Shown here: positions 59,877 through 64,000 of the stretch, piece after piece
How positions within the stretch are numbered: position 1 is the stretch's first letter
Layout of the letters: the number at the start of each line of letters is the position of its first letter
Assembly (NCBI GenBank): GCA_964291265.2
Contig: OZ219746.1
Span: 160,001-224,000 of the forward strand
Direction: 5' to 3'
DNA from: Alphaproteobacteria bacterium
GTDB lineage: Bacteria; Pseudomonadota; Alphaproteobacteria; SP197
DNA: 64,000 bases
Position numbers and translations under genes: made by a program
The notes under the pieces: generated by a model
What the model was told of the DNA's origin: nothing
Database searches by the model: none
Seen by the model: only the letters and a program-made list of their open reading frames with translations

Positions 59877-60518
59877 TCAGGTTGCAAACATCACACGATG
59901 GTCGACTGCGTCCACAGCCCACATCAGGGCCGCTCCAAGGTCCGCTTCATCGAGATAGGGGTAGTCGTCAAGAATCTCCCCTGAGGACACGCCGGACGCC
60001 ATGAGTTGCAGGATGTCGGATACCCGTACACGGGTGTTTCGGATATGCGGCCGCCCAGCGCAGATGGAGGGATCGATAGCCACTCGGCCCGTGGTCTCGG
60101 GAACGCTGGCCACATGATCGAGAACCTCGGTAAGGAGGGATATTCTGGCGCCCTTGCGCGGGCCTGAATGTCCATGGCTCCGAAGGAATTCGAGCAAAGC
60201 CTGTTCCAGCGTATCGGCCTGGCGTGTGCCGGGCTCAATGGGATGGAACCATTGCCGGAGAGTGTGCTCGGTCTTCCGTCCGTCTCTCGCTCGTCTCTCC
60301 AGAAAGTACGCCGCCGCAGTGTTGTCCACGTATCCCACGAACTTCGAGGGAGCAAAGAGCCATCGCTCACCATCTGGCCTGACCGCATACCAGGCGTGTT
60401 CTCGCGACATCAGGCTTCTCAGTTGCACGCCTCTCTGCTCGTCTTCGATCGCCACCTGGTAGCGTAGAATGTTCTCGATCGCCTGTTCGGGACTGGCAAC
60501 CAATGCTGTGTCTTTCAT
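59877..60518 (-). CDS. DUF433 antitoxin with an extra ~140-aa N-terminal domain
   Basis: C-terminal IDPSICAGRPHIRNTRVRV..IL..DYPYL; N-terminal HAWY...FAPSKFVGY...DGRKTE. Confidence 0.82.
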   Translation of the reverse strand: MKDTALVASPEQAIENILRYQVAIEDEQRGVQLRSLMSREHAWYAVRPDGERWLFAPSKFVGYVDNTAAAYFLERRARDGRKTEHTLRQWFHPIEPGTRQADTLEQALLEFLRSHGHSGPRKGARISLLTEVLDHVASVPETTGRVAIDPSICAGRPHIRNTRVRVSDILQLMASGVSSGEILDDYPYLDEADLGAALMWAVDAVDHRVMFAT

Positions 60519-60735
60519 CAGGAGCATTCCGCTCTGCGACTGTTGCACCCGTTACAGGACGCACATTGACCGGGGCAGTGCTGCAGGTCAAGAACCGGGA
60601 CTGCAACGCAACACTGGCGTCACTTCACGACATAGGAGCGCGTTGAGCCTGCTTGAGAACCGATGCCGGTTCATCCGGGCCGCGACGAGAGGCTCAACGC
60701 CCGACACGTCAAGTTCCTTGGCTGCACTGTTCATC

Positions 60736-60860
60736 CGCAAGCGTTCGGTCGTGTGGTGATGGGGGCGACGATGGCAATGAGCGAGCGAATGCTGAGTCCC
60801 GGGGCATGCGTGGTGGCCACAGTCATTCTCATCATCCTCACCCTTTGAGCAACGCTTGCG
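60736..60860. repeat. ~125-bp palindromic repeat, copy 3 (inverted, more diverged)
   Basis: CGCAAGCGTT...AACGCTTGCG; the reverse complement contains GGTGAGGATGATGAG and CCGGGACTCAGCATTCGCTC. Confidence 0.85.
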
Positions 60861-60906
60861 ACAAACCCGTGGCCTCAAGGGCGAAGCTGACACGCAAGCG
60901 GTCCTC

Positions 60907-61395
60907 TCAAGCCCCGGGGGCGAGCGGTGGCCTCGGTCTTGCGGAATCACCAGGTTGCCTCGCGCGCCGTCGCGCCAGAGGCCGGTCGAGGATCTCCTTG
61001 ATCACGAATGCCTCGCGCAGCGCATCCGGAGTGTCAAGGCGAGCACGGATGCGCGCCAGGAGCGCGTGGGCGCAAGGGATCGTTCGCGACCCGGCCATGT
61101 CCCAGGGCGAGCGATCGGTGGGTTGCTCACCATGCCTCCCGGGTGCACGTCGCGTCGCGCTCGCTGGCGCCGGATTCTCCGATGGCCCGCGGCTCCAGGG
61201 GCTCTGCGTGGTGTTCGACCTCCACGGTCGCGGCGGCTCCTGCCGTGGTTCCCACACGGCATCGGGTTGCGGTTGCTCCCTGTCGTCGCGGGCGTCGTGC
61301 CCGGATCCGGTCCCCGGATCGGCGCCGCTTTGCCGGGCGGCGGCTTCCTCGACGACTCGGAAGATCTGCCCGAACAACGCTCTCAGACCCACCAT
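60907..61395 (-). CDS. YqfB-like protein of the floA operon
   Basis: Low-complexity middle; C-terminal LREAFVIKEILDRPLARR; downstream of floA. Confidence 0.6.
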   Translation of the reverse strand: MVGLRALFGQIFRVVEEAAARQSGADPGTGSGHDARDDREQPQPDAVWEPRQEPPRPWRSNTTQSPWSRGPSENPAPASATRRAPGRHGEQPTDRSPWDMAGSRTIPCAHALLARIRARLDTPDALREAFVIKEILDRPLARRRARQPGDSARPRPPLAPGA

Positions 61396-61470
61396 ACCTC
61401 AACCTCCCGGGCCTTCGATGCACCCGTGATGTCGGCGATTCGCGGCCCGGTTGTCGAATGGTTCCATGCG

Positions 61471-62484
61471 TCAGGTCTCCTGAGCAGGCGCTGCGTCATC
61501 CCCGCTGCCGGCGATGCTGGTGCGCATCCTGGTGTCCGAGATGACGTTCTGCATGCCGTAGTAGTCCATCACGCCGAGGTTGCCGGCCCGGAACGCGTCC
61601 GCCATGGCCTTGGGTACCTCGGCCTCGGCGAGGACCACCTTGGCACGGTTCTCCTGCACCAGCGCGACCATCTCCTGTTCCCTCGCGACGGCGAGTGCGC
61701 GCTGGCGCTCGGCCTGGGCCTGGGCTACCTGCTTCTCGGCCTCCGCCTGGTCGATCTTCAAACGCGCCCCGATGTTGTCGCCGACATCGATGTCCGCGAT
61801 GTCGATCGAGAGGATCTCGAACGCGGTGCCGGAATCGAGGCCACGCTCCAGCACAACTTTGGAGATGCGGTCGGGATTCTCCAGCACTGACATGTGGTTC
61901 TCCGACGAGCCGATCGTGGTGACGATGCCCTCGCCGACCCGGGCCACGATGGTCTCCTCGGTCGCGCCGCCGACCAGGCGGTCGAGGTTGGTGCGCACCG
62001 TGACCCGCGCCTTGACCTTGAGCTGGATGCCGTCGCCGGCGATGCCGTCGATGGTGTTGCGCGCCATCTGGCCCGAGGGCACGTCGATGACCTTGGGGTT
62101 GACCGAGGTGCCGACCGCCTCCTGCACGTCGCGCCCGGCCAGGTCAATGGCGCAGGCGCGATCGTAGTCAAGCGTGATGTTGGCCTTGTGTGCCGAGATG
62201 AGAGCCTGCACCACGCGCGCGACGTTACCGCCGGCGAGGTAGTGGGCTTCGAGCTGGTCGCCGGATAGGTTGATGCCTGCCTTCTTCGCGGTGATTCGCA
62301 CCGTCACGATGACCGACGGCTTCACCTTGCGGAAGCGCATGAAGATGATCTGGAGAAGGCTCACCGGAGCATTGGAGAGAATCGATTGCCACCACAGCCA
62401 GAACGCGCTCCAGATGAACGCGAAGAACACGATGGCCAGGAGGACGACGACGATCACGAACACGAGACTGAGATCGAATGACAT
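61471..62484 (-). CDS. floA: Flotillin-like protein FloA (YqfA)
   Basis: [54 protein letters not shown]. Confidence 0.95.
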   Translation of the reverse strand: MSFDLSLVFVIVVVLLAIVFFAFIWSAFWLWWQSILSNAPVSLLQIIFMRFRKVKPSVIVTVRITAKKAGINLSGDQLEAHYLAGGNVARVVQALISAHKANITLDYDRACAIDLAGRDVQEAVGTSVNPKVIDVPSGQMARNTIDGIAGDGIQLKVKARVTVRTNLDRLVGGATEETIVARVGEGIVTTIGSSENHMSVLENPDRISKVVLERGLDSGTAFEILSIDIADIDVGDNIGARLKIDQAEAEKQVAQAQAERQRALAVAREQEMVALVQENRAKVVLAEAEVPKAMADAFRAGNLGVMDYYGMQNVISDTRMRTSIAGSGDDAAPAQET

Positions 62485-62505
62485 GGTGTGTGTTGCCTCC
62501 TCGAA

Positions 62506-63021
62506 TCACGACGTGATGTCGTGCGATTCACTGTCCACCGCCGGTGTGACGAAGACGATGGGACCGTCGATGCGCAGCACGACAATCTTCTCGCCGCGCC
62601 CCAGGCTGCCGCTCTGCACCTGAACGTCGCACTCCCCGCCAGCGAAACGCGCCCGTCCCGAAGGCTGCGCGCGGGTCACCATAACGCCTTCGGCGCCGGG
62701 ATGCACACCGACCTCTTGGGCGTGGTGACGATAGCCTGCATCGGACGTGATCTCGCTCTTGGTCACCATCCGGCGCGACTCGCGGATACCCGCAAGACCC
62801 CAGCGCACCAGCGCCACCGCCACGACGGGAACGATCACCGCCATGGTCCAGCCGGCCACCGCAGTAGCGGCGAACGCGTAGTGGATCGCGGCGACAGTCG
62901 ATGCGATCGAAGCGATAAGCAGCATCCCGAAAGACACCACGAAGAGCTCGAGGATCAGCAAGGCGACGGCGAGGATGAGCAGCCCGACAGAGAGCCCGAG
63001 GATCGGCCAGTCGATGTCCAT
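62506..63021 (-). CDS. Short NfeD family protein
   Basis: 3 TM helices (LELFVVSFG) plus OB fold (AQPSGRARFAGGECDV); start may be 63048. Confidence 0.8.
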   Translation of the reverse strand: MDIDWPILGLSVGLLILAVALLILELFVVSFGMLLIASIASTVAAIHYAFAATAVAGWTMAVIVPVVAVALVRWGLAGIRESRRMVTKSEITSDAGYRHHAQEVGVHPGAEGVMVTRAQPSGRARFAGGECDVQVQSGSLGRGEKIVVLRIDGPIVFVTPAVDSESHDITS

Positions 63022-63040
63022 GGCAGCCGCAAGGGTGGCG

Positions 63041-64000
63041 CTATCCACTCCCGTCCTCCATGTTTGCGCCGGCCACCGATCGCACCACCACCTCGCCGAA
63101 CTCGACCGACACCACCTCCACCGCCGCCCCCGCCGGGACGTAGGCGCCGTGTTCGGCCCGCCCACGAAGAGTCTCGGCGCCGAGCCGCACCGTTCCACCC
63201 GGGTGCAGCGCCTCGGCGGCCGTGCCGCGTCTGCCCAGCAACGCGCCGGCGCGGGCCTCGATCGCGCCGGCGCTAGTCGCGGTCACCTCGTCCGCTACCG
63301 CAAGGCGCCGGCGCAGTGCGGCGCTGCGCGGAAGGTATCGCATGACGAGCACGGCGCCGACCAGCACGACGCCCACCGCGGTCGCTCCGCTGAACGCGGC
63401 GTCGCTCAGGGCATCGACGAAGACCGGGTCCTCGAAATCGAACGTCAACTCGTTCGGCAGGAACGCGAGCACGAGACCGGTGAGTCCTGCCACCCCGCCG
63501 AGTGCTCCGAGCAGGCCTCCTCCCGCCATCGTGTACATTTCGGCGGCGATGAACCCGATGCCGATCACGATCAGCAACAGTTCGGCGTTCTCCAAGAGGT
63601 CGAGGGAGTACTGGGCGAAGAGGAATCCCGCCCCGAGCAGGCCGGCAAGCGCTACCCACAGGCCGACCCCCGGTGTCTTCAGTTCGAACAGCAGGAAAAG
63701 CACCGCAAGTCCCGCGAGGATTGGTGCGAAGCGCGAGAGCGCTAAGGCCGCCCGCTCGATTCCCCGCGGCGAGAGATCCACGACATCGTCCTCGGTGACG
63801 CCGAGCCGTTCGTGCATGGTGTCGAGATCGGCGACATTGCCGGTCGCCATGCCGAACGCTGCCGCCTCCAGGCCGGTCAGCGTGAGCAGGCGATCCGGGC
63901 CTCGGTAGACGATGACCTGGTTCGGATCGTCGCGGTCGATACCGGGGTGCGCGGCGAGGAACTCCGGAAGATCGTCCTCGATGACGTACTCCGCGGATCC
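63041..64000 (-). CDS. Long NfeD family protein (YqeZ-like), 5' end outside the window
   Basis: LLTLT..EA..FGMA, FELKTPGVG, TM cluster, C-terminal OB fold (LHPGGTVRLG). Confidence 0.85.
   Translation of the reverse strand, partial: GSAEYVIEDDLPEFLAAHPGIDRDDPNQVIVYRGPDRLLTLTGLEAAAFGMATGNVADLDTMHERLGVTEDDVVDLSPRGIERAALALSRFAPILAGLAVLFLLFELKTPGVGLWVALAGLLGAGFLFAQYSLDLLENAELLLIVIGIGFIAAEMYTMAGGGLLGALGGVAGLTGLVLAFLPNELTFDFEDPVFVDALSDAAFSGATAVGVVLVGAVLVMRYLPRSAALRRRLAVADEVTATSAGAIEARAGALLGRRGTAAEALHPGGTVRLGAETLRGRAEHGAYVPAGAAVEVVSVEFGEVVVRSVAGANMEDGSG

Noticed and set aside
57608-60860. Palindromic repeats as canonical integron attC sites
   Set aside because: They lack the RYYYAAC...GTTRRRY arrangement (GTT is in the 5' arm), copy 3 is inverted and no intI is in the window

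Overview
High-GC alphaproteobacterial (Rhodospirillales-like, inferred) chromosomal window. The conserved backbone has several blocks: rplU-rpmA-obgE-proB-proA-nadD-rsfS-gpmI-envC-ctpA; GNAT-mutT; a methyltransferase and grxC-nitrilase-DUF1178; zapE; a peptide ABC operon; a Zn/Cu/Ni metal-homeostasis cluster; folD; cycM/kdsB/pheA; and xseA/purD. Three accessory islands interrupt it. (1) 29.4-35.9 kb splits the dpp-type operon. It holds decayed DUF4338-ISAs1 and ISAzo13 elements, an intact low-GC, translationally coupled three-gene cassette (candidate chaperone/antitoxin/ART-like toxin defence system), and a complete ISAs1-family element (IRs plus 9-bp TSD) in which an adenine methyltransferase fragment is fused in frame to the transposase C-terminus. 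(2) 49.3-53.4 kb is bounded by diverged ~190-bp direct repeats and carries IS relics and a VapC module with an unusual antitoxin. (3) 57.5-60.9 kb has three copies of a ~125-bp palindromic repeat. Two of them bracket an mrr restriction gene, with an 11-bp direct repeat outside them (a composite MITE-like unit); an NYN relic and a DUF433/DUF5615 module follow. The window ends in an nfeD-nfeD-floA-yqfB-like operon. No rRNA, tRNA or CRISPR array was seen. Family assignments come from motif recognition, not database searches.
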